Assembly: GCF_006345805.1 (NCBI RefSeq)
Contig: NC_043014.1
Span: 28,334,001 to 28,398,000 of the forward strand
From: Octopus sinensis
Lineage: Eukaryota
DNA length: 64,000 bases
Direction: 5' to 3'
Part shown: piece by piece, positions 27,751-40,779 of the stretch
Layout of the letters: every line of letters starts with the position of its first letter
Numbering within the stretch: position 1 is the first letter of the stretch
The notes under the pieces: generated by a model
What the model saw: the letters and a program-made list of their open reading frames with translations, nothing else
What the model was told of the DNA's origin: nothing
The model's database searches: none
Translations under genes and position numbers: made by a program

Positions 27751-28108
27751 ATTTATGCATACATATATTCAACGGGACAGGATTCCTTCAGTCTCTGTCT
27801 ACCAAATCCAGACATAAGGCTTAGGTTCGCTTGGGGCTATAGTGGAAGACACTTGCCCAAGGTTCCATGCAGTAGGACTGAAGCCAGAAACACGGTTGAG
27901 ATGCTAACTTGTTGCCAAACCTGCGCTTATATAATGATAAATATTGTGTATGTTAATGTATTACGTGCTGTCAATGTATTTAGATATGGAAGAGGTGTGT
28001 AAATATATAATAATTTGTCAACACAATACATTATTGACTGTATTACATACTGTCGGTCTATATAGACATTGTAGAGGTATGTAAAAACATCACACACTCT
28101 CAACGTAT

Positions 28109-28500
28109 GGATGGATGGAAGCACTCCGTCGGTTACGACGACGAGGGTTCCGGTTGATCCGAATCAACGGAACAGCCCGCTCGTGAAATTAACGTGTAAG
28201 TGGCTGAGCACTCCACAGACACGTGTACCCTTAACGTAGTTCTCGGGGATGTTCAGCGTGACACAGAGAGTGACAAGGCCGGCCCTTTGAAATACAGATA
28301 CAACAGAAACAGGAAGTAAGAGTGAGAGAAAGTTGTGGTGAAAGAGTGCAGCAGGGATCACCACCATCCCCTGCCGGAGCCTCGTGGAGCTTTAGGTGTT
28401 TTCGCTCAATAAACACTCACAACGCCCGGTCTGGGAATCGAAACCGCGATCCTATGACCGCGAGTCCGCTGCCCTAACCACTGGGCCATTGCGCCTCCAC
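28109..28500 (-). mobile_element. Intact tRNA-derived SINE family C with a 14-bp TSD
   Basis: Minus-strand head GTGGAGGCGCAATGGCCCAGTGGTTAGGG..GGTTTCGATTCCC (A and B boxes), tail (TCCA)n. CACTCTCAACGTAT at 28095-28108 and 28498-28511. Confidence 0.9.
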
Positions 28501-28609
28501 TCTCAACGTATATAACATTAAACACTGGTGAATTGTGAACGTGGAAAAAGGAATGATTTAACAGGCTTCACAAAAGAAGGGCATTTAGTATTATATTGGT
28601 TTCAAATGT

Positions 28610-28815
28610 TGGACCAAGGCCAGCAACGTCGTGAGAGGAGGTGAGTCGATTACAACAGCCACAGTGCTTAACTGGTACTTATTTTGTCGACCCCATAAGA
28701 ATGAAGGGCAAAGTCGACGCGGGCAGCATTTGAACTCAGAACGTAAAGCTGGAAGAAATGCAGCTAAACATTTTTTTTCTTTTCTGCATGGTAACGATTC
28801 CTTCAGCTCGCCACC
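28610..28815 (-). mobile_element. Diverged SINE family B
   Basis: CTGGTACTTATTTTGTCGACCCC, GGCAAAGTCGAC and TTTGAACTCAGAACG motifs. Confidence 0.8.
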
Positions 28816-29157
28816 CTACTATTTAGTATTATATAAAAAAGGCAAGTTCTATAATTAGTTTCTGTTATAGTACTTATACTTCATGTCGGTAGATTTTGAG
28901 TAAAGTCAGATGGCAAATTCATGGGTTATGTAACGCAGTTTAGTTGAATCGTTGCAATGTACGAATCATAAGTTACAAGCTAAAATTTGTTTGATATTTG
29001 ATTGTTATTTTCAGCAAAATATTTTCCTTGCTTATAATGGTTTAAACTGTTCTCCTGACATTCCCTGGATCTTAGATACCAGTGAGATCGATTGATTTTC
29101 TTGTAAACTGTAGCTTGAAAGCTGTAGGAAAAAGCTTGGATAAGAATATAATTTCAG

Positions 29158-29288
29158 AGACTGCTTGAGAACGAAGGACTGGCAGAGTGATTATGCGGAA
29201 CTGCTGCAGGGGACACAGTATGAGTGACGAGAGGAGAGAAGACAAATTAGCTTCGGTGATGACTAACTATAGTCTGTGTTGGCAAATG
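29158..29288 (+). other. Candidate exon (possible 5' UTR plus start: MSDERREDKLASVMTNYSLCWQM)
   Basis: Unique sequence bounded by ATTTCAG| (acceptor) and ATG|GTAAGT (consensus donor). All three frames from the acceptor contain stops, but ATG at 29220 is open to the donor. No homology recognised. Confidence 0.3.
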
Positions 29289-29390
29289 GTAAGTACAAAA
29301 AAGTTAACAATGGAATAAATTATTTTTCTTTGAGAAAGAAAAGACATCAAACATCTCTTAGAGTACCCTTCCTCAGAGAAAACAATACAT

Positions 29391-29456
<66 letters not shown>

Positions 29457-29524
29457 GATAGATAGATAGATAGATAGATAGACAAACAGATATATATAAT
29501 AAATATATGTATATATATATATGC

Positions 29525-29603
<79 letters not shown>

Positions 29604-29975
29604 CACAAAATTAGCGTTAAACATAATATCGTTCATACGCCCTACCCATTGGTAATAGGAGTTAAAATCCCAACTAAACCACCGAAAACACTGAGAATAC
29701 GACAGAAAACAAACGTATATGTTTGTGTGTGTGTCTATGTACACATATATACATATAATATGTATATACATATATATATACATATACAAATATTTATTAA
29801 CATGTTTATAAATATTGTTATATTTACAACCATCCAGATCTCTGAATACCTTTTTTTCTAATAAATATATGTACATTACCTCCAAACCTTCTAATAATAT
29901 ATATAATAATATATATATATATATATATATAGATATATATATATATTATATATACATATACAATATATATATATC

Positions 29976-30006
<31 letters not shown>

Positions 30007-30434
30007 GTACATATATACTAAAAACATTCACACAACATTCACACGACATACTCAACAGGAGGAGGAGAAAGAGGAGGAGGAGGGGGAAATATATGTTCTA
30101 TACATAGCTATAGTCGGTTAGGGGGGATGTATTCACTTAGAAGATTAAATATTCGAATGTTATAATTACCGAGCAGGAAACTAGTTTGATGTGTTAATCC
30201 GAGCACAGACATAAAGTTGGTGATGGCGGGAGGATGAGCAGAAAGAGAACGTGTAAGCCAAGGAAGCTTTGATTGTTAATGTTTTAGGTGGAGGCTTCTC
30301 TCGATAGCCTATGGCTAAAAGAAGAACGTTAGTTTGAATATTATCGGTTAGAAGAGGAGATACCGATGGGGTAGTCGTAATAGTAATAGTAGTAGTTGTA
30401 GTTGAGAAAGAAGAAGAAGAAGAAGAAGAAGAAG

Positions 30435-30495
<61 letters not shown>

Positions 30496-30499
30496 GCTA

Positions 30500-30680
30500 T
30501 TAGGCAATGACATTTATGGTTTTATGTGGCACAATCCTCCATTTAGAAACTAGTATTGCAAAAAATTTCTTCTTGATTATCAGACATTCCTCAAAGACTA
30601 CAAATTGCATCAGCTCCTAAACAAGAACAGAAAAGTGGGCTTCGTCTACATACAGAATATATTCAATGTCACCAAGTGTC
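30500..30680 (+). mobile_element. Penelope-like element linker fragment
   Basis: Translation WHNPPF.LETSIAKNFFLIIRH..KDYKLHQLLNKN matches the PLE motif W.NPP.S....TNIG..FL.LI.KHF....L.KIFN.N. Confidence 0.7.
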
Positions 30681-30689
30681 ACAAGATCA

Positions 30690-31092
30690 AAATATTGGTT
30701 TCAAATTTTGACACAAGATCAGCAATTTCGGAGATGGGATAAGTCGATTATATCGACCCCAGTATTCAAATAGTACTTATTTTGTCGACCCCGAAAAGAT
30801 GAAAAGTAAAGTCGACCACGGCGGAATTTGAACTCAGAGCGTAGCGGCAGCCGAAATACCTATTGCTTTAATATCCACAAGGTGCTAAACACAGAGAGGA
30901 CAAACAAGGACACAAACGGATTAAGTCGATTATATCGACCCCAGTGCGTAACTGATACTTATTTAATCGACCCCGAAAGGATGAACGGCAAAGTCGACCT
31001 CGGCGGAATTTGAACTCAGAACGTAGCGGCAGACGAAATACCGCTAAGCATTTCGCCCGGCGTGCTTACGCTTCTGCCAGCTCGCCGCCTTA
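30690..31092 (-). mobile_element. SINE family B dimer: head-body-tail1-body-tail2
   Basis: Junction GAAATACC|TATTGCTTTAATATCCACAAGG at ~30855; the same junction type occurs at 47483 and 47667. Confidence 0.87.
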
Positions 31093-31229
31093 ACAAGATT
31101 ACATTATTGAAATTAAATCAGAAATAAAATATCTGGCATATAATTGGAGATTATATGGAGTTCTGCTTTCTAAAAAAAATGCCTAAACGTTGTATATGTT
31201 GAGGTAGTAATCAGCGAATCATATTCTAT

Positions 31230-31560
31230 GCATTATTATCCATAGAATACACCTCCCTAAAGAACATATGAACAAGCTGTATAGGATTACCGATCGCTTA
31301 TTTAAAATGTCGCATGTACTAATACAACATTTAATTATGTCACTAATTACGGAGAATATTACATAATTTTCCAAATATATGTGGAGACCGAAGGATAAAA
31401 AGAATATGACCTTTAGTATTGCATGGATAATCATAGAAAAAGTACTAGTAATAGAAACAAAAACATCTTGCAATATCTGTCGTAGAAGCCCCATATCATT
31501 CGCCATCGACTCCAATTTTAGATAGAACTGGACATATTTCAACTTTCTCATTAGCTTTAA
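31230..31560 (+). mobile_element. Decayed Penelope GIY-YIG endonuclease fragment
   Basis: Plus-strand KLYRITDRLFKMSH...T*FSKYMWRPKDKKNMTFSIAWIIIEK...SCNIC follows the PLE pattern YIG.T...FK.R..H..T.LSKY.W.LKD...I.W.I..K...C.LC. Confidence 0.65.
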
Positions 31561-32049
31561 AACAGACGCCCAGCCCGAAGCTTGCTAAAAGCTACTTGAT
31601 GTTAGAAATCATAAATACTTCAGAGTATCCAATATGTAAACTGAGATATTAGTCATTTTTTTTTGCCTTAGTGTACTAATGAAGTAATTGTACTTATAAC
31701 GTATTGCTCAGACAGAATTAGCGTAACACAATGTCTGAATAGATGGGCATTTTCAACTGAGCGTCCATTCGACGAGTTTGCATTGTTTCCTTCCACTCAG
31801 TTTCATTCGCATGGCTTAGGATGTCCGAGGCTATTGTAAAACACATTTATCCAACATATTATGAAATGGGGTTGAAGGGCTTGTCCTTGTCCTCATGATT
31901 GTGAAGTGATCACTCAATCCACTCCTGCATTCCAACGTCCGATGAAACATTTATATGCACTCACATAGGTAAATTTGAATTTACCTATTCACCAGAATGT
32001 AGTATAGTCAACAACAGAAAACTAAACAAGGGCTCGAACTACACCCCCC

Positions 32050-32720
32050 ACCAAAAAACTCTCAACTAATGAACCTGTATACAATGCTCAGTCGACCGAC
32101 CCCAAAGAAGTGACAAGCATAGGAACCCATAGCACGGACCAATCCGGAAATAATAACAACCAATTCCTAAATGGCCTCGAGAGCTCGCATAACAACATAG
32201 TGAACACGAACCGACATGTAACGAGAATTACAAGACCAACTGAGTAACAACAGCTAGCATCAGAAGCTCGTGTGGGGACAATCAAGATGTCCACTCGGTT
32301 ACCTCAGCACGACTCGCAGCCTCGTATATAAATGCAGTGCAAACACGAGGAATAAGTATATGTACATAGGTGTCACGGCCGATTCATTCAAGAATCGATA
32401 CCGCAACCACATCCCAAGCTTTAAAAAAATAATTAAGAGACATACAACATCACTCGCGGGTTTTTTGTGGAAACAAAAATCAGATAACATCAATTATGAA
32501 CACGCACAACCATACAACACCCTTTCTAGGAGGTGTGGGTTGGGCTCGGAAGAATCTCTGTCCATTTTACTAACTAGAAAAAGTTGACAAACTAGCTGAA
32601 CGAATTGCACGCTGCATACAGGCTAAGAAATCCACCTTCACCCTCTCCAGTATAAAAAAGACCACCACCCTCACAGCCATAACTAGAATGCAACGAGAAC
32701 CCCACGCTAGAAAACACACA
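32050..32720 (+). mobile_element. Penelope-like element GIY-YIG endonuclease remnant
   Basis: ORF 32270-32587: RCPLGYL.TRSLVYKC...KYMYIGVTADSFKNRYRNHIPSFKK...TTSLAGFLWKQK...AQPYN...RCGLGSEE. No intact ORF or RT. Confidence 0.88.
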
Positions 32721-32893
32721 TTTATATGCTTTTTTAGTGATTAACATAACCACTACATACGAAATATATATATGCGTTGTTGAGTCGATATACACTTGAG
32801 CGTATGTATGCATGTGTATATATATAGTGGGAGTATACATACGTTCCTGTACGTGTATGTATATTTATGCATGTTATTAACTGTGGGCAAATA

Positions 32894-33011
<118 letters not shown>

Positions 33012-33129
33012 ATATATATAAACAAACCTTATTCAGGGACCTTTTGAGCGGGATGGGTTACTCGACCAGAAGAAAATTCTAACTGAGCCCCACCTGCAAG
33101 GTCATGTGCTGTTTATCTTCATATTAGTA

Positions 33130-34020
33130 GTTCTTGATGTTACTGAGCGTTCTTTGTTTTCGCTGGTGTATCTTGTCTTCTATCATCCCGAAAATTTTAT
33201 TTTGCTGGCAACAGTTATTTTTTGATCTATTGGATGAATCGTAGAGGTAGTACTGGGTAGAAAGGAAATGCGCCTTATTTTGCTGGCACGTGTTACAAGC
33301 TGATGACCATCTTGCTAAGCAAGTGTGTTACCTAAATTTAGTACAGCCTTCATCTCATCAGTAGAAGGTTTGAGGGAATCTTCCTGGTATTTACGAACTT
33401 CAGGAAAATCAGCCATTGCAAATATACATGTTGAACCACAATTTCTCGAAATATAATGCACTGGTGGCTAGTGGGTGGACTATGTCTTTTAAAACTCTTA
33501 GAAGACTGGCCCCACCAACATTACAAATTTTAAAAGGTGCTTAATGCCTGCATTCATGCAACACAATCATAGACAACCGTCCCATAACTAATTTACAGTC
33601 AAATGTGGAGGCTTAATTTATAAAACCTTGAGCATTCCGGCGTCGTGGTCGACAGTTCAACCCTGCTTCATCTCCGTTGTACACCTGGGGAATTTGGAGA
33701 TCTTCGTATATAACTAAATCATGTAACCTCTTCGTGGATGGTTCGATTTCATTCTACTCCCTGCTTCACCATCACTAATTTTGATATTCATCCCACGACG
33801 ATATCTAAATCGCATCAGCCATCTGTAATTAGTATCAATGTTCTTGGTTTCCCTATGGTTGCCTTGTCTGGTAGTAGCACATTGCATTTCTATAGCACTG
33901 GTGTTGTTACTACAGGATCATTGACGTATTCACCACTTCATGACATTCTCCTCGTTGTTATCTTTTGCAGCTCTCACATCCTGTCTTGTATCAACAGATG
34001 ATGATTTGGAATGTTTATCA
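33130..34020 (-). mobile_element. Decayed Tigger/pogo (CENP-B-like HTH + DDE) transposase
   Basis: Minus-strand pieces WLMRFRYRRGMNIK..GEAGS, QVYNGDEAGL, RVLKDI..PPVHY, DFPEVRKYQE..KAVLNLGN, FLPSTTSTIHPIDQ. Confidence 0.88.
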
Positions 34021-34624
34021 ACATTACATTACGAAAGAATACCATAAGCTTATCCTTAGCCTAAGGAGAATTTATAACATTGCTTTATAATACCATCCAT
34101 TCCATAAACATTTGCTACCTTATAAATCGTAATTTCTTATAAATCTCAAATTTTGATTGAGTGATAGGGTTGCATATTTTTTCTTTAAATTATTACTCTC
34201 TTTTGCTCCTCCTCCTCCTTCTCCTCCTCTTACTACTACTACTACTACCACTACTACTACTATTACTACTACTACTTGTATAAGCAAATCCTTTAACCTA
34301 ATTTGCAAAATAAATATGGTCATTGATACCGTAATACAGTTTGCATTTTAGTATATATCTTCAAGGTCACAAATGAAAGTTACGCAATATCTGAAGATTT
34401 GATACTGTAATTTGCTTATTAGGTTTTCCTTGTATAATAGATATTTTTTGTTCTTAATGAAATACATGTAAGATGACGTAACTAAATAATTAATGAACAA
34501 CTGACACCGAGTTGAGAGTCAATATGCCTTCTATACTCTTAGTGTGTAAATATCCTGAATCTTAAATTTCATTATAATTTTAATTCACCAGAAGAAAAGG
34601 AGTTTTTTTTACATATTTACATAT

Positions 34625-34627
<3 letters not shown>

Positions 34628-34682
<55 letters not shown>

Positions 34683-34785
34683 ATGGATGGATGGATGGAT
34701 GGATGGATGGATGGATGGATGGATGGATGGATGGATGGATGGATGGATGGGTGGATGGATGAATGGATGGATGGATGGATGGATA
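34628..34785. repeat. (TG)n-(GGAT)n compound microsatellite
   Basis: Direct reading. Confidence 0.95.
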
Positions 34786-36437
34786 TAATACATTCGGCAA
34801 ATAACTTTACCGTAGACTTTAGTCAACGCAAGCTTTGTGCATGCGTGAAATTGTGTAGGTGGAAAATATTTAGGAGCTTGATGGACAGTGCATTGTGCTG
34901 CCTTCCGTTTACAAATAGATTGTGCGGAAGTATAGAATGAGCTCTTATTACCGAGACATTTTTGAATTGTAATAGTTTTCGGAAATTTCTCTGTTTTTCT
35001 ATGATCTAAGCGGCAGAGGTTTTCTATCGGTAAAGCAAACTATGGAAAATTCCAACTTGTGTTCCTTACCCTCTCCTCCACTTAGTTTCTGGAATCACCG
35101 ATAATGTTTCGTATTTTGACTTTTTCTAGAAATTTATTTATAAACAGTGCGATAAATGCACACAAACACATATAGATATATGCACACAGACATATACACA
35201 CACCAATATTTATACATACATGAGTGCATGTATGCATTTTTGTGTGTGTGAATAAACGTGTTTCTTTAATTTGTGTACCCACTCGTGTGTGTGTATGTGT
35301 GTGTGTGCGTGCGTGAGTGCGTGTGTGTACACAAACACAGAGGCAGTATTGATACTGAGGTAATATTTATCTCCACTTAAACATGGATGTTCCATCAGAG
35401 CAAACTCTACTGCGGTAGTTACCATGAAGAAAACTCTCTTATTGGCGTTTATTATTTTTTTTTTTTTTGGTGCAAATATATATATGTGTGTGTATGTATG
35501 CATTCAAACAAAGATCCGTCGATGTTTAGAGTTAACGAACGAACTTCTTTGTTGTCATTCTACCTCTTTGTAATAGCAGCATAATTTTGAAACTGTGCTT
35601 GGATAGCAAGTGATTTAATCTGAAACAATACGTTGAAACCGAAACAATTAAAGCGTAAAGAGCTATGTTAGAGACACCATTTTTTTTTTAAATCTGTTAA
35701 ATTAACTTTCATTTATTCCTTGTAGTATCAAAATTTCTGCTGCACAGCAATAACCTTATCACTGTTACTGTTCCACTATAAGAAATGAACAAAAAGTAAA
35801 TGTAAATTTTCATTTTTCTTTAATGACAAAATTGGTTTTTCCAAATTGTAATTGCTATTCATAAGTAGATAAGTACCTACACACCTATCTATCCACCTAC
35901 CTAACTGCCTAACTACCTAAATACCTACCTGCCTACATACGTACATACATACATAATTACATACATGCATACATATACACAGACGTATGCACAGACGTGC
36001 ATACATACACACATACATATCAATCTTTATATTACGTAATACAAACACACACATTCATAAAATAAGCTTAGCCATTCTCTTCTTCGAGCCAGCCATAAAA
36101 CCCGGCTTTATGTCTGTGTTCGAATTATACATGCCTGTATCTTTTATATACATTCAGCTTATGTGCAGTTTAGTATTGACGGAATGTTACTGTTGCATGC
36201 TGTTGCTGCTGTCTGTCAGTGCATTTGCTGCAACTCACTGCAGATTGTGACAACGGTCGATTTATATTTCAGATGCAGCGGAGAAGGGTTTAAGGTTGGT
36301 AATGGAGACATTGCACAGGAATGTGCGGCTGTTGAGACTTAAGCTTGCTAAACCTTAATGTAGCACGGTAGCCATAGCTGGTTGTATACGTGACATACGG
36401 TAGTGGATTTTTGATAACTGCTGACGTTGTGGTGGCG

Positions 36438-36517
<80 letters not shown>

Positions 36518-36997
36518 TGCAGACTTGGTTGTACCCGTGGTGTTGATGGAATTTATAACGATATACAAATAAGTTAAAGAATATGTTTGTGTGCATGTGT
36601 GTGTGTGCGTCAGTGTGTGTGGGGGGGGGCGTGCGCGTATGTGTTCGTGTGTGCATGTGTGCGTGTGTGTGTATGTACGTGTGTGCATGTGTGTATGTTG
36701 TGCATAAGAATATATGAATCAGAGAAACAGATAAAAGAAGGGAGAGAGAGAGAGAGAAGGAGAGTGAAAGAGAGGGAGAGAGAAGTGTAGAAAGGAGGAT
36801 GTTAAATTGAGAACGGAAGAATTAAGATATTAAAATGGAGACAGCATTTGGGAGAATGGGAAAAAAGGGGATTGAGTGAGTGACAAAGAGGGTAAGAATA
36901 TGTGAAAGGAAGGTGAGCTATTGTAAGATGGACAGAAGAGATAGATAGATAGATAGATAGATAGATAGCTAGATAGATAGATAGATAGATAGATAGC

Positions 36998-37080
<83 letters not shown>

Positions 37081-37544
37081 CTTTAAAATTCTAAATAGAA
37101 AATGCTGTTCAATAACATCTTATACAAAAGAGGACATAAATCAACGATTTGTTGAATAAGAAGGATTATAATCAATGCATATATAACACGTTACAGCAAT
37201 GAAACAATATGGCGCAATCGTCGTCTGCTGCTTCCATTTTAAGAAAATCATATAGCTTTACAAATAAACATCATATCTGCCATTTCAGATCATAGAGCCC
37301 GTTCAATGAAATTTAACAAACTTCAATGAAACAATTGCCAGTGAGTGAGTGAGTGGGGATGGGTGCTGGGGAGGTTCTCTTACAAATCGTATTAGCCAGT
37401 TATGAATATTGAAAAGTAAGTATGAAGTTCATCGCACTTGGATTTAGAGAAATGTAATAAACGTTTTGAAATTTAACGACCGGCTAATTGACCTCTTAAT
37501 TACATTAGATTTACTTTTGTTGTTTATTCCTATATGTATATATA

Positions 37545-37963
37545 TACTCTTTACTCTTTACTCTTTTAATTGTTTCAGTCATTTGACTGTGGCCATGCTG
37601 GAGCAACGTCTTTAGTCGAGCAAATCGAGTCCAGGACTTATTCTTTGTAAGCTAGTACTTATTTTATCGGTCACTTTTGCCGAACCGCTAGGTTACGGAG
37701 ACGTAAACACGCCAGCATCGGTTGTCAAGCGATGTTGGAGGGGGGTGAAAACACAGACACACAAACACAGACATACACACACACATATATATATACATAT
37801 ATACGACGGGCTTCTTTTAGTTTCCGTCTACCAAATCCACTCACAAGGCTTTGGTCGGCCCGTAACTATAGCAGAAGACACTTGCCCAAGGTGCCATGCA
37901 GTGGGACTGAACCCGGAACCATGTAGTTCGTAAGCAAGCTACTAACCATACAGCCACTCCTAC

Positions 37964-37965
<2 letters not shown>
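37545..37965 (-). mobile_element. Full-length SINE family A
   Basis: Reverse complement of the consensus, from the tail TACTCTTT to the head CAGCCACTCCT. Confidence 0.88.
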
Positions 37966-38016
<51 letters not shown>

Positions 38017-38066
38017 TAGATAGATATATATATATATTATATATATATATATATAGATATATATAT

Positions 38067-38132
<66 letters not shown>

Positions 38133-38136
38133 TATG

Positions 38137-38184
<48 letters not shown>

Positions 38185-38202
38185 CATATATATGTATATA
38201 TA

Positions 38203-38395
38203 TAGTTGAAATTTACAGAAAAACAAAAGACGAAGACAGGTGTATAAACAATAAGCCGGTGCATTAGCTTGACGCTCGAGGTGAGAAAGTCTTTTATGTT
38301 TCGTGCTTACGCTCTTCAACAGAAAGGAACGCGAGGAAATGAACAGACAGAATAAAAACTTTTATATAAATAAATATATATATATACTGGTGCAA
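38203..38395 (-). mobile_element. Probable PLE pseudo-LTR fragment with a degenerate hammerhead-like core
   Basis: Abuts (TA)n. Minus strand reads TTGAAGAGCGTAAGCACGAAACATA (C3 lost). Related short fragment at 45597-45645. Confidence 0.4.
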
Positions 38396-38589
38396 ACACG
38401 TTATCTCTAAGCATGTTTCAAATTGGTTTGACATTATTGCGTCATATTTTCCTAAAGGGTATATGCACAAGTATACATATGACATACAATTGGCAAGAAT
38501 GGCAAAACATGCGATAGTGAATGAAGCTTGAACAACAATTAGGGGAAACGTAAACTAGACCAATATCTGTATATATAAGAGGCAGGATT

Positions 38590-38632
<43 letters not shown>

Positions 38633-39071
38633 TGGTGTGCGTGAATGTAGCTTATGCACGTCCACAAATTAGCACGCATGTCGCTCCAATTTTAGGAGGA
38701 CATTCGTCATCACCCTATCTGGGTTTTGTTAACTTATTTTTTCCCGAGGCACCCGTGGATAGCAGTAAAAATCTATTTTCAGATTTTGCTAACATGAAGT
38801 TTGCTAACATGAGTTAAGTCCCTTCTTGCTATAGCAACATTAAAACATTTTAATTTATCAACATTGAAACATTTTAGTTTGTCAACATTGAAACATTTTG
38901 ATTTCTCAACATTGAAACTTATAACGATGTTTTTCTAATTTTACACTTTTACCATTGATAAACAAAAAATATTGTTGAAACTAGTTTGGTATATATGTAA
39001 ATAAATGTATTTTAAACATTTACGAGATTTTGAAATTTAAGTGCATTTTCAACAACACATTTTCCTATATG

Positions 39072-39140
<69 letters not shown>

Positions 39141-39143
<3 letters not shown>

Positions 39144-39542
39144 CATCACGTTTGTAAAAATACATAAATCCGAAAGGAGAAGCAGACTCTAAGATGTAAA
39201 GCAGTATATATAAAAAATGGGGAAAGCCGGTTTATGGGATTACTTTAGATTTCCCGTCCATAATGGGTTAGCCTTATGGCTTATCATCAGATTCCCTAAA
39301 CCTGTTGGCCCATGACCTCTTAATAATATAGCGGCATTCCCCCTCTATACTTTTAAGATGTATGGGCCAACAGTTTTTTGGGATATGACGATACGCCATA
39401 AAGCTAAACCATCTATGGACGGGAAACATAAGGTAATCCCATAAACCGGCCTTCCAAATTTTTAGTATATATATATATAAAGTTATTGCAAGTGGATCCT
39501 ATTATCTAATGTGTGCATCTGTGATTGCGCGTGCGCGAATGT

Positions 39543-39581
<39 letters not shown>

Positions 39582-40030
39582 GTGTGTGTGTGTGTATACA
39601 TCACGTTTGTAAAAATACATAAATCCGAAAGGAGAAGCAGACTCTAAGATGTAAAGCAGTATATATAAAAAATGGGGAAAGCCGGTTTATGGGATTACTT
39701 TAGATTTCCCGTCCATAATGGGTTTAGCCTTATGGCTTATCATCAGATTCCCTAAACCTGTTGGCCCATGACCTCTTAATAATATAGCGGCATTCCCCCT
39801 CTATACTTTTAAGATGTATGGGCCAACAGTTTTTTGGGATATGACGATACGCCATAAAGCTAAACCATCTATGGACGGGAAACATAAGGTAATCCCATAA
39901 ACCGGCCTTCCAAATTTTTAGTATATATATATATATAAAGTTATTGCAAGTGGATCCTATTATCTAATGTGTGCATCTGTGATTGCGCGTGCGCGAATGT
40001 GTGTCTGTGTGTCTGTGTGTCTGTGTGTGT
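39141..40030. repeat. Tandem duplication of a 455-bp unit containing a ~265-bp hairpin
   Basis: ATACATCACG starts at 39141 and 39596. The units differ only by a 1-nt indel and microsatellite length. Arms 39205-39323 and 39350-39470 are reverse complements, roughly 80% identical by eye. Confidence 0.92.
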
Positions 40031-40779
40031 GTTATTGTTTGCTTTTATGATCATTTGTAATAAAGCTATTTTACATTAATCTGATAAGTTATTTATACTC
40101 TTATAGAGTACAGATTTATTATTCTTGAACAAGAAACTTCGTTGGATGATGGCGTAACTGGCAGAAACCCGAAACTTCGAAGTTACTATTTAATAATGCT
40201 CTTGATTAAAACTTGTGTGTGTGTGAGTGTGCATGTGCGTGTGTGTGTGTGTGTGTGAGTGTGAGTGTGCGTGTGCGTGTGTTTGTGTGTACGTGTGTCT
40301 GTGTGTGTGTGTGCGTGTGTGTATTTGCGTGCGCGTTGGTGTTCGTAGATATATTTGTCATTAATCACATGTATCAAATTGTTACTATGCATTACGTGGA
40401 TGGGACTGTGGATGGGACTGATGAAAGTGATATGACTAATTGAACTGAAGATAACTGCTGACTGACGCAAGGACTGAAAAACGGAATTTTTCGCAGCCGT
40501 TTCAGAGTAACACGGCTTTGTGTGTCGTGTTTTTCACCAGTCATCAATAGAGAACCAGCCGGCGACTCTGCACTTCATTTCTTGTCCATGCGTGACGAGG
40601 AGGTATTAGAGAAAATGGATATTGATTGAATAGCATAGAAAGAGAATAAAGGGGCTTTAGGAAAAACAATAAGCACGGAAAGGGATTTGTCTGCTTGTAA
40701 TACTTGACTCCATAGTTTTCTGGAAGGATACTGTGGGACCAGTGCTGCATTAAGCATTAAACAAAATAAGCACATGCTT

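Noticed and set aside
31219-31551. 110-aa hydrophobic minus-strand ORF resembling a membrane protein
   Set aside because: It is the antisense shadow of a plus-strand Penelope GIY-YIG remnant.
40141-40195. GGATGATGG..CCCGAAACTTCGAAGTTA, hammerhead-like with a palindromic stem III
   Set aside because: The CUGA core has two mismatches and no stem I or II could be paired; at most a dead relic.
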